A stretch of 63,536 nt of DNA, filler included, from Olpidium bornovanus S191 (taxonomy: Eukaryota > Fungi > Olpidiomycota), in assembly GCA_017911155.1 (NCBI GenBank). It is 26 parts of 26 records of this genome, joined end to end, with 100 filler letters (N's around TTAATTAATTAA, not from the genome) between each part and the next. Parts side by side here need not be neighbours in the genome. Positions count along the whole stretch, not along the records: positions 34,250 to 40,417 come from JAEFCI010000396.1; positions 40,518 to 42,513 come from JAEFCI010002119.1; positions 42,614 to 46,278 come from JAEFCI010001450.1; positions 46,379 to 47,733 come from JAEFCI010009382.1; positions 47,834 to 52,602 come from JAEFCI010005484.1; 21 more parts are not named here. One strand, 5' to 3'. Position 1 is the stretch's first letter; every line of letters begins with the position of its first letter. The notes beneath the pieces are model-generated. The model saw only the letters and a list, made by a program, of their open reading frames with translations, ran no database searches and was not told the origin of the DNA. Below are positions 37,601 to 48,019 of this stretch, one piece after another. The translations under genes and the position numbers were made by a program.

Positions 37601-40110
37601 CCGCGGAGGCAAACCAGGGGGAAGGTCGGGCGAAGGAGAATGACGGCCCTGCGGCGGGGAATCCGATATTAGAACACGGCGATGACGGCTGCGGAAACTC
37701 CGCCGAGGCGTCCGCGCTGGTCCGCAGGTTAGAGCTGCTCGCGGCCGCCGCACACGAGGAAAGGTCCGATGCCGCCCGGCAGTGCCGGGAGCGTAAAGTC
37801 AGAGCGCTGCAGAGCTGGAAGAAGGACGTCGCCCTGATCCTCTCCAATCAACCGACAGATTCCGCAGCGCTCACGGCGTTCGGCGACGCGCTCCGTCTGG
37901 CCGGGCTAGTCGAGGCTGCACATTTCTGGTAAGCGGGACCCGAACTATACCCCTACGAGTTGGCGTTCGCTCTAGCGTTGATGTACACCTAACATCCGCG
38001 ATGCGCGCGAAAATTTTCTCTGTTCCAAAGCTACATGCTGTCACCCCGCGCTCCTCTGACTGGGGGCCTGGACTCTCCGAACGTCCGCATCGTTCTAGTC
38101 GGCGCAGACCACACGACGAGCTCTTTCCACAGGGAGCCCGACGCGCTGCTCCGATCCGAAATTTTGGAGTTTGCGTTGACGTTTCCGGCGGCTTTGGGCT
38201 CGCAAAAGGGCGGCGACGTGCCGCTTGCGTCTGGCGTGATGCCGCACCTTCAGGCTTACAAAGTCGCGCACGCGTGGAAGCTGTGCGAATGCGGGCTCCT
38301 CGCCGAGGCGATGCGGTACTGTGAGGCGTCGCTTGCGGCCGTCCGGGCCGGGGCGCCGGCGCTCGACCCCCGCGCCGCGCCGGGCCTGTCGTATTGCAAC
38401 GCGGCGTTCCGGCACGCGCTGCGGGAGCTGTACTGCAGGATACAGGAAAGCGGGCTGGCCGGCGGCGCGCAAGACGAACGGCCCCTGCCGAGCTTCGGCT
38501 GGTTTTTAGACGCTCTCGAGTCCGTCGCCGGCGGCGACGGCTCGACAGAACCGACGGCAACAGCGGCCGAATCCGGCGCGGTTGCTGCGGGGCGCACGCC
38601 GAACGGGCCGCCGTCAGGAGAGGTGCCGGCGAGCTCATCCCAGCCGTCGGTTCTGCAGCAGGCGCAAAATGCTTCGCATTCCCGCCCCTCAGGCGCGGAG
38701 TACCCCTCGAGATCGCCGGAAGCGGCCGCCGGCTCGACCCAGGAGCACGGCCCCCGGGTTCAGCAGAACGGAATCGCTTGGTACTTGCAGCAGCCCCGAC
38801 CTGGGGAGCAGCCGGCGGCGGCTTCCGAGCGACAGGATAAGGACGAGGGGCAACACCAGGAATCCAAACCGGCATTCCACCGCGGCCCGCCTGCTCAGAC
38901 GCCGCTGCCGACTGCCCGGACGCAGCCCCCGTCGCAGCAGCCGTTCGCGCCGCCGGATTACGCGCTCGCCCAACCGCGACCCGCCGGCATCAAAACCGCG
39001 CCGCCAATGACGTACCTCGCCGCGCTGGCGGAAACCCCGCCGATGTACGCTGCGGCCCCGCAGCAAACGTACGCGGCGGAACCCGTTGATGCGGCCGCGC
39101 AACCGGCCGCGGGCCCTACGTTCTACAACCCGTTCGGGATCGCTCAATATTCGAACCCATACGAGAACGCACAATTCTCCGATCAATACAAGATTGCGCA
39201 ATTCCCCGATCAATTTGAGAACGCTCGATTTGGCCCGCACGAGAACGCCCACGCGCGCGCCGGCAGTTCTCACGACTTGCCGATTTCCGCACAGCAGGAG
39301 CGCGACGAGTTCGGCCAGACCGTTCAATGCGCGGCCGCCGACGCTGCCGCCGGCGAGACCGAAGACCTCGGCTTCGCAAACTCTGCTTTTTGGAAGTCCG
39401 GGCCTTCGCCGCCGCCGCCGGCTGCTGGTAGCGAGGATACCGCCCAAGGAACCAAAGGCCAGGACGCGAGGCCGGCGGACACGGACGACAAGCCGGAGGA
39501 AAGCAAACGTAAGCTGGTTTTTCCGGCGTCATGCAAAGAAAAAGGTCGCCGATCAACACGGGGGGGGGGGAGGGAGGAGGGGAGTTTGTCGGATATCTGG
39601 TAACACGTTGCCTCGCCCTTGCCAGCGCAAGCGTCCCAGTCGTCGTATCTGGGGTTGCTGAAATCGCTCTGGCCCATGTCGAAAAAAAGGAGCGACGACG
39701 CGTCGTCCGCGAGCAGCGGAAGCGGGTCGAAGGCGAACCTCGGAGAAAAATCGAGTTTCTACTACGACGAGGAGCTGAAGCGGTGGGTCAACAAGGCGGA
39801 CCCGTCGTTTGGTCAAAAACCCGCGACGCCACCGCCGCCGCCTCCGAGCGCGGGCCAGTCGCCGGTCTTGGGCCGGACGGCGTCCTCGGTCTGGCCGGCG
39901 TGTTCCTCTCCTCCTCCTCCGTCCGCCGGGCCCGGCGCCCCAGGGGGGACACCTACTCCAACGGCGAACGCCGCATCCGCGCCGCCGAGCCCGCTGTCGG
40001 CAAGGTTCTCGCCCGGCAGCGGTCGAAGCACACCAACAGGCTCCGGCGCCCGCAAGCGGCCTGTGCGGAGCCGCTACGTAGACTTGGGCCCTGACTTGAC
40101 GTCGCATTAG
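34617..40110 (+). CDS. SEC16: COPII/ER-exit-site scaffold Sec16 (multi-exon, apparently complete)
   Basis: Disordered N-terminus; GCPIVTFGFGG; LLWELL; LLVGDQVAAVQIA...LWAEALLI; WKKDVALILSN...AFGDALRLAGLVEAAHF; IVLVGADH...SEILEFA...HLQAYKVAHAWKLCECGLLAEAMRYCE; C-terminal ANLGEKSSFYYDEELKRWVNK. Confidence 0.95.
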
Positions 40111-40331
40111 ATGTGCCGGCAGTTGCGTTCCCCACCCGTTTCCCTTTCCCCACAAAAAAAAGGAAGAAAACCACCACGCACACACCCCCCCCAAAAAAAG
40201 AAAAGGTTCTGCGCCGCGCCCTGTTTGCCGCAATGTTGTTAGTTTTTTTTTGCCGTCTCATATGTCGGCGGTTTTTCCCCGTCGTGACTTTCTTTTTTGT
40301 TTCTTCACAAGTGCCGCACCGAGAGGCCCCG

Positions 40332-40389
<58 letters not shown>

Positions 40390-40517
40390 CCCCCCCCCCC
40401 CCCCCCCCCCCCGCGCCNNNNNNNNNNNNNNNNNNNNNNNNNNNNNNNNNNNNNNNNNNNNTTAATTAATTAANNNNNNNNNNNNNNNNNNNNNNNNNNN
40501 NNNNNNNNNNNNNNNNN

Positions 40518-41171
40518 ACACAGTGGAAGGATTGGGGCGGCGCAACGACGAAAGCGCTCGCTGAACTCGATCGGCAAGGCGGGTTCCGGCTCGTGCAGAA
40601 GCAAAAAACATTTATGTCGAAAATCAATAAAATTGTCAGGTCGCGTTCTACCGAAGGACTACAGAGGTTAGTTACAGAGGTGTGGAGATTATTTCGGGAA
40701 GCACTTGTCATGGATTTGCTAACGAACGCCATTTGGATCGAACTTTCAGATATGGTGAGGCGAGGGCTGAGGGTTTACGGAGACGTCGGGCAGCCCGCGT
40801 TGAGGTTCGCCTTGCGGAACCGGGGGGCCTCGGCGCTGGAAGACGATGAGGGCACGTTTGTGGTGCGCGTACGCGGCCTTTGCCGTAAGCTCCTCCTCGC
40901 CGTTGGCCTTCTGTGCACGACCGAGGCTCGTTACCACGAGATCGCCACTCGGTTGCGAGCCTTCCCCTGGCTCAGGCCGTTTGTTTGCAGCTGGGAGGAG
41001 ATACGGCGGCTGCGCGGTGGGCACACGACGATGTCTGAATTCCTGGACGCGGCGGGAGGTATTGTTGTCCCGCGTCGCGCCACACGCCAGGTTCGCTTAC
41101 AGCAACCAACCCCCGAGGCCATACTGGCTGCAGCGACCGAGGAAGAACTGGCCTGCGGGCCAGGGTTTTAG
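40518..41171 (+). CDS. Unknown protein A (5'-partial), paralogue of the convergent gene B
   Basis: Frame open from the contig start: TQWKDWGGATTKALAELDRQGGFRLVQKQKTFMSKINKIV... to TAG at 41169-41171. The 3' end may be spliced. Confidence 0.7.
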   Translation, partial: TQWKDWGGATTKALAELDRQGGFRLVQKQKTFMSKINKIVRSRSTEGLQRLVTEVWRLFREALVMDLLTNAIWIELSDMVRRGLRVYGDVGQPALRFALRNRGASALEDDEGTFVVRVRGLCRKLLLAVGLLCTTEARYHEIATRLRAFPWLRPFVCSWEEIRRLRGGHTTMSEFLDAAGGIVVPRRATRQVRLQQPTPEAILAAATEEELACGPGF

Positions 41172-41175
41172 AGCA

Positions 41176-41323
41176 AAAGCTACCTAAAGGTATGTAACTG
41201 CGGTGCGTATCTATCGTCGGTACGATCCGACGGTGTATTCGATGTGAGTTTGCAAAGACCAGCTAAACAGTGCCGTGCTTCCAGCAGGAAATAGCTAAAG
41301 CTACCTAAAGGTATGTAACTGCG
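41176..41323. repeat. Perfect 27-bp direct repeat pair (41176-41202, 41297-41323) between the convergent paralogues
   Basis: AAAGCTACCTAAAGGTATGTAACTGCG occurs twice, 121 bp apart. Confidence 0.95.
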
Positions 41324-41338
41324 TCTGTATGTACATAA

Positions 41339-42512
41339 CTACCCTCGTCGGCGAGATCTCGTAGCTCGCCCTTCGTTGTGCTCGATGGCCTGGATAACCG
41401 GTGGGACGTCCATTTCGACGCCCGTTGACGTCGTTGCCCAATCGGGGGGAGGGATCCCCTGCAATGCTTCCGCGGCTCCCGCCTGTGTCTGACCTCCCGC
41501 CTGTGTCTGACGCGTGGAGCGGACCTTCCGCCGCTTTCCGGCGCGGTCGGTGGCGCTGGACGTCGCCTGGGCGACACCGCTGCGGTGGTCAGCGCACCGG
41601 TCTGATCCCTTTTGCGTCCCGAAGTTGTTGCGCTATAACTTACCACCCCCGTACGTTCCGCCTGCGTTTCTTCTGAGGGTCCCGCAGTACCTTCGGGGAC
41701 CGGTATCTCGGTTATCTGCTAAGAGGAGCGTGGAGTTAGCTGCAGCCCGACAACGCACTGTCAGAAGTTGTTGCCCGACAACTACTCACGGGAGATGTTC
41801 CGGGTATCTCCGTTATTTGCTAAGAGTGGCGAAGAGTGCCGAGTGAGCTGTGGCACGATCAAACTCTCCGCCCGAAGTTGTAGCGCTACAACTCAACACT
41901 CACGGCACAGGTTACATCAGGCAACTCCGGCCAGTTTCGTTCCTGGCAGTCAATGTGCGTTTGTCAAACAGATAACCAACAGGTGGCGTGACCAAAAAGG
42001 GATTTGCTGCTACTCACTTTCATATCTTGGAGGTGCTGTTTGAGCGACCCCGCTTCGTCGCCGTGGATGCCTGCGTATATCTCGATCATACCGTCCACGA
42101 TTGCCGGCGCTCTGAGCGACGCGCGATACTGCCCGCAAATATCGTCGTGGGCGCGTAGATGCTCTATAAAATTCTTTCGCCTTTCGGCGGGGACGCAGCG
42201 CCACCAATCGTAGGTTCCGATTGTTGGGCTATCGTCTGATTCGAATACCAGCGCCAACGTCCCTACGCCACAGCGCGCCGCGAGCTCCGCAAGGAACTCA
42301 CCCACAGCTCTTTTGGCCGACAGCGCCGGCGCTCCTAGCTCCTCCCCCGTTGCTATACGATACACGGTGTTTACGATCTTGTTGACCTTGGCCATGAAGG
42401 TTTTCTGTTTCTGTATCAGGCGAAACCCCACCTTCGCATCCAGTTCCGCAAGCGTCGCGGCCGTCGCCCGACCCCATTGTTCCCAGTTGGTACTTTTTCC
42501 GCTGCGTAGATT
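41339..42512 (-). CDS. Unknown protein B (5'-partial); predicted exons >42512-42018, 41942-41904, 41819-41790, 41718-41644, 41566-41339
   Basis: NWEQWGRATAATLAELDAKVGFRLIQKQKTFMAKVNKIV... Four short GT(G/A)AGT...AG introns (75, 84, 71, 77 nt), all phase 0, give ...DMK|ERNWPELPDVTCA|QITEIPGTSP|QITEIPVPEG...|ATSSATDRAGKRRKVR...RRRG*. The last acceptor is ambiguous (41580 or 41567). Confidence 0.65.
41621..41893. repeat. Three copies of a 20-bp palindromic motif, one near the 5' end of each of three consecutive predicted introns
   Basis: GAAGTTGTTGCGCTATAACT (41621), GAAGTTGTTGCCCGACAACT (41764), GAAGTTGTAGCGCTACAACT (41874, containing a perfect 18-bp palindrome). Confidence 0.85.
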
Positions 42513-42622
42513 CNNNNNNNNNNNNNNNNNNNNNNNNNNNNNNNNNNNNNNNNNNNNTTAATTAATTAANNNNNNNNNNNNNNNNNNNNNNNNNNNNNNN
42601 NNNNNNNNNNNNNGAGAGAGCA

Positions 42623-42666
<44 letters not shown>

Positions 42667-42681
42667 AACCGCCGAGCAGCA

Positions 42682-43560
42682 ATGGCCGCTGCGCAACATA
42701 GAGCGGCGCCGGAAGCGCCCGGGGCTGTGGCAGAGGAACGGGCCGCCGCCGCTGGAACGCGGCCGGACGCGACAACGTTTGCTGCATCGGACTGGCCTCG
42801 CCGTACGTTAAACGGCCCCGTCGGCGGGTTGGACCGACGACAGCCGGTGTGCTTTGGCCAACAGGAGCCTGACGTTCCCGTCTGACGTTGCCTCTCCCCT
42901 TTAGCCGCCGGGGTCCAAAGCGCGCTTTCTGGGAAAACGGCGAAAGCAGTGAGGAAGCCGTGCCGCGTCTGCGACGACTTCCGGAGCTGGGCGCACGAGA
43001 GGGGCAAGCCCGGAACACCGCCTCCGGCCGGCCCCGGTAGCGGCAAGACCGACGGCAGTTCGAGCAGCAGTGCCTTCGCCGGTGGCGCTGCGTTGGGTTT
43101 GGGTTCCCTCGCCGCGCTTGGCGGCGGCACACCCGGCGGCGCGGGCGCGCCGGGTCCCGAAACCAACGGCCTGTCCGCTGCACCGCCACCGCCGTACTCG
43201 GACCCCGCCACGGGGAAGTTCCCATGTCCGCCCGAGAAGGACGACTTGGGTCGTGCAACGTGGACGTTCTTACACCCCTCGGCAGCATATTACCCGAACA
43301 AGCCGACTCCTTCGGAACAGGCGACCATGCGTTCGTTCCTTTCGAGCTTTTCACGAATATACCCATGTGCACCGTGCGCCGAGCACTTGCGGGCCTACAT
43401 GAGTGACAACCCGCCGGACGTGTCCACCCGCGCTGGCATCAGCCTGTGGATGTGTAGGGTGCATAATGAAGTCAACGACCTGCTTGGAAAGCCCGTGTTC
43501 GACTGCTCCAAGGTCGACGAGCGGTGGAAAGACGGCCCTGCCGACGGGAGCTGCGACTGA
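42682..43560 (+). CDS. ERV1: Mitochondrial FAD-linked sulfhydryl oxidase Erv1/ALR (exons ~42682-42802, ~42905-43560)
   Basis: KPCRVC shuttle motif; CPPEKDDLGRATWTFLH; YPCAPCAEH; SLWMCRVHNEVNDLLGKPVFDCSKVDERWKDG. Confidence 0.96.
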
Positions 43561-44987
43561 AAGCGGAAGAACCGAGAAGAGCGAGGAAGGGCTTGGGGGT
43601 GTGGTGGGGGACACAGGGAAGCAGCGAACTTTGGCTTACGGCGCGGGAACTCAAGAGCTAGCCGAACCATCTGCCGCGAATATTTTCGAATGACCAAGGC
43701 AACTTCAAAGTTCGGTTGATCTGCGGTTTAGAAAAAATGTTTGTCCGCTGTGATAAACATGCTCCCGAAACTTTGGACGACGCGGGGCTCTTCGATTGCC
43801 ATTGTGACAGAAGCGGTGGAAATCACGAATTTTGCGTATGGCGGAAGTATATTCACAGAGAATTCGGGAAGGGACTACAATTGGCGGACCCCGGGAATGT
43901 ATGCGGAAGCACTTGCGACACTCGGCACAATTCCAAAAGCGTTAGGTCTAGGCGCCCGGACCGAGTTGAACGGTCAGTGGCGTGCGGCACCGTCAGCGGA
44001 GATGCGCTGTCTCGGCACACACGTTGCTTCATCGGCGGCATTCTGTTTGTTTACATATTTATTTGTTTCTCCGCCGCAACCGCTACACTTTCCTCCAGTG
44101 TGACCGGTGGTTATTTCGAGCATACGTCGCTCGCCTGCACCCCCAGTCCTCTCCGCGATATTTTTGATGTAGTCCTTTTCCCATCTGCTTGCCAGTCACC
44201 GGCCTGCCGGATTGCGGATGAAACACGCCTTTGGCCGTCCCTTGGACGTGTGTACCCGGGGCGCCGGCGCGTGGTGAATTCTTGGTCCAGGCTCGGGGGC
44301 CACGTGGTCTGGCGGTGATTTTCCGCTTTCCCTCCGAACCCTTGAGGCGGAGCCACCGCCGCGACATGGCGGTCACGTGATCGCTTGATTGCGAAACGGG
44401 CGCATTTCCTCCGCGGAACTTACTTCCCGTGCGGCGAACGTGCAGGAGCCGGGCGGGAGACGCTTGCCGAAAGAGCAGCCGCTCCGTCGCGCCTTCCGAG
44501 CCGCCGACCGCAGCCGACGCGCGTTGGCCGTCGTGCTCGTCAGCGTAACAAATAGCACATAGGGCAATCAGTGGCGGTCGTCGTGCGCCCGATCATCACC
44601 GCCCGTACACCCCCGCCGCAAAGGCGACCCACACCGCGGAACAACGGCCTTCGCGGAGCCGGCGCCTCAGCCGCAGCCGTCGCTGTTCTTAGACAGCCGC
44701 TGGCAGCTACTTTTTCGGCGGCGGCACCCAGGGACGTTGTGGAAAGCCGCCCCAACTCACTCGCAGGCGGGAGCACAGTGCCACCGACGACAAAAAAAAA
44801 AAATTAAAAGAAAAGTTGACTAGGAAAGTTGACTCTAGCGGTAGCGATTCCGCTTGAAGCTCGGCGCCAATTTGGCGCCAAAGACGGCATCTTGCGCGCC
44901 CGTACGCGAGTCGCCTTATGACCGGGCCGGTGCACCAACGACTGGCTGTGGGTGAGCCCTAGCTCCGTTCCGGTTCCCGCATTGACA

Positions 44988-46156
44988 ATGCCGAACCCGG
45001 ATACAGATTCGCAACAGCAGGTAAAAGGCAAACGGAGCACCATTTGTGCTCAAACGCGGAGGGAGCTTGCGTTCGTCATTCACACGAATGCCGAGCACGC
45101 TGTGCGCGGTGCGGACTTTGACGTTTTCGAAAAAGAGTTTTTAGCTCCGCGTTTTTGTTGTCCTCATCAACTCCCTCGTTGGCATTCCCACTTTCGGATC
45201 GCGGCCAGCGACTAAGAAGCGCCGTCCACTTTGTTTGCGGAAAAGTTTGCAGGGAGGAGGGTACGACTTTCGTACTCTATAAATATGTATTTTTCTTGAC
45301 CGCCTCTATTCAAGCCTTTGTAGCTTGGCCAGAGGTCGAACGGATTCGGTTCCCTTTCTTCAAATCCCGTTGAACTCAGAGATTGAAACCGGGATCGCGT
45401 GCTCGCCTGAATTTATCGCGGGACTTGCCGACGTGGTCTACTTCCAAGCGGGTATGTAGGGAGCGAACGCGCGGGTGAAATCCCAGTGTTTGACCCGAAA
45501 ATGTATGCGTCTGGCCCACCTCCCGATCTCCCGCGTCCGTGACCGGCGCTGATCCCAATCATCTCGTGCGCCGGTTTCCGGCAGAGACGATGGCCAGAGA
45601 CGTAGAGTTTTTTGCAAAGTAAGTGACCCTACGGACTTCTTTCTTGATTGGGCCCCATTTCAGACCCGCTGTTGCGGGAGACGAGTGTGACCCGAGCTCG
45701 GCGACAGTGACACAGCCCAAACGCTCTCTCTCCCTGGTCTCGCTCACCCTCCCGGAAGACACGCGAAGAGGTCAACCGTATCGGTCGACGACGTGAAGGT
45801 ATCGACCAATTTTTCCTTTCACAGCTGTCCGTCCCGCCTATTCACAAACACGTTAACTTAGCCCGGGCCTCTTTAAAATCTCCGCCAGTTATGTGCTCGA
45901 CGAAATCCATTTTTGGTACGCAAAGCTGGTGGCAGAGAAGGAAACTTTCGGCTTTTTGCTCGCGGTAGGGGGCGGGGAAAAAAAAAGACAATGCGGTAAA
46001 CCGACTTCTGTCCTGATAACGCTTTTTAAACGGTGGTTGGGGTTGGTGCGTGGACGCGGCTTCAAGCGTGACATTCTCTCCGCCGAGGCGGAGTGTCTTC
46101 TACGGAGCAAACAGGAGGAAAAGGAGAAGAAGCGCAAGAAGGCGCATGAGACGTGA
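44988..46156 (+). CDS. MHF1: CENP-S/MHF1 histone-fold protein encoded by seven short exons
   Basis: Spliced product ...Q|RLRSAVHFVCGKVCREE|EIETGIACSPEFIAGLADVVYFQA|ETMARDVEFFAK|HAKRSTVSVDDVK|LCARRNPFL|RDILS... matches the CENP-S motif DLExFAxHAxRxTIxxxDVxLxxRRN. Confidence 0.92.
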
Positions 46157-46538
46157 TCATGCTCCGCAAAAAATAAAAAAGTCGCGCCCGGATTTCTTGC
46201 GGTTTCGGGAGAGGCGCCCGACAAGGTTATTAACGTCTTCGGAAACACGCCACCGCGCTTTTTTGTCAGTTCTGCACCNNNNNNNNNNNNNNNNNNNNNN
46301 NNNNNNNNNNNNNNNNNNNNNNTTAATTAATTAANNNNNNNNNNNNNNNNNNNNNNNNNNNNNNNNNNNNNNNNNNNNCATGTGATGGGAACGCACCAGG
46401 TGAAATAGTCCTTACTAGGGTAAAACGAATCCGAAAAACGAAGGAAGACCGAGACGAAGACGGAGGAGACAGAGACAGAGACATAGACGGAGGCGCACAA
46501 CTGAATTTGCGCAAACACGCAAATTCCTTTCTCATTTC

Positions 46539-46945
46539 GCACAGCGAGATCTGGAATCGAGGAAAGCACAGCACAGCAAAGATCTGCAACACCGTGCACA
46601 CGCGTTACAAGCACCATTGAAATGCAATTTCACGAACACGATTGACGGTTCTTGATGTCACGTCTTTTTGTGCACTGGTGGCTCGAGGCTCGATGGCCCA
46701 TCCAGCACAGCGTGATCTGGAGTTGAGGAAAGCACAGCACAACAAAGAAACTGCAACGCCGTGCACACACGTTACAAGCACCACCATGGGCCCGCCATGC
46801 CTCCATCGTGGTCGTAAGATTTTGACGGCAGAAAGACGCTTCTTGATGTCACGTCTTTTTGTGCACTGGCGGCTCGATAAGCCGCCAGTTCCGGCTCATT
46901 CAGCACAGCGTGATCTGGAGTCGAGGAAAGCACAGCACAACAGAA
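46539..46945. repeat. Imperfect tandem repeat, ~2.5 units of ~165-200 bp
   Basis: GCACAGCG(A/T)GATCTGGA(A/G)T(C/T)GAGGAAAGCACAGCAC at 46539, 46705 and 46903; TTCTTGATGTCACGTCTTTTTGTGCACTGG at 46649 and 46840. Confidence 0.9.
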
Positions 46946-48019
46946 GAAACAAAGGCTTTCTTGACTTTAATAAATCAATCAATTTCCGACGCCACAATAA
47001 TCCGAAAAGTTATACCCTCCGATAGGGGAAAATCCGTCCAGACGGGGCTATAACATCGATGAGGGAAGACTGTAATGCCAAGTGATCATCTGCCTCAAGT
47101 CTTACGGTTGGTATGGCTTGCTCTCATCGTTTACGGGTAAAACAGGGTGGGTTCAGTGTGCAGCAATATGTGTACTCAGTTAGCCACATCTTTCCGAATA
47201 TATCCGGTGTCAAAGAGACTGCAGGGGTTTTCCATCATTTTTCCCTTTGAACACAATGACCACGACGACGACGACCATCGCCATCGTCGCCAGGCAGCCA
47301 TCCCATCCTGAGATCCCCCCCCGGCGTCTTGCCGCTACGGCCTGAGCTTCCGCCAGGATGTGCTGTAGCACGGCCCTCAAACCGCCCGTCGACCGACGCC
47401 ACGGAAGGCAGGCGGCGGGCGAAGGCGGGCGCAGGGCAAAGGGCAGCAGGGCAACGGGCGGCGGAAGAAGGGCGCAGGGCAAAAGGCGAGAGGCGGTCGA
47501 AGGGCGGAAGCGGCGGCGGCGGGATCGAGGGCAGGACGGCCCCCGAACCCGGGGGTCGACCAATAGAATAGCCCCCCTCGAAGCCCGCCAATCAAAAAGC
47601 GCTTCCCCCCTTCCCCTCTCGAAGTCTGCCAATTGAAGGGCTTCCCCCTTGCCCCTTTCCCCCCCCAGAGCCGCACGTGGGAAACCCCACCAACCGTAAC
47701 CCCCCCCCCCCGCCCCCCCCCACCGCCCCCCCCNNNNNNNNNNNNNNNNNNNNNNNNNNNNNNNNNNNNNNNNNNNNTTAATTAATTAANNNNNNNNNNN
47801 NNNNNNNNNNNNNNNNNNNNNNNNNNNNNNNNNCATGATCTCGGATAACAAGCTCACTGCTCTTTGCGGCAACCCGACTCGTGGGGATTCATCGTGAATC
47901 CTCGAACGATTAGGCTCTCGGCCGTTCAGGCCAACCCGACAAAGAACGAGAGGGACTCGTAAACCCACCTCGAATACTTCGATGCCAACTGCGCCGCCAC
48001 TGACCCAGCGGCACGCATA

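Noticed and set aside
41621-41893. CRISPR-like reading of the three 20-bp palindromic repeats
   Set aside because: Only three degenerate copies, uneven 90 and 123 bp gaps, no cas genes, a eukaryotic context, and positions that coincide with predicted intron 5' ends.
43268-43290. Erv1 FLHPSAAYYP instead of the usual FLHTxAAxYP
   Set aside because: All catalytic and structural cysteines and the FAD-binding motifs are intact; a local variant or base error cannot be interpreted.
43716-44376. ORFs between ERV1 and MHF1
   Set aside because: No frame shows a recognisable motif or a consistent splice model, so it is left unannotated.
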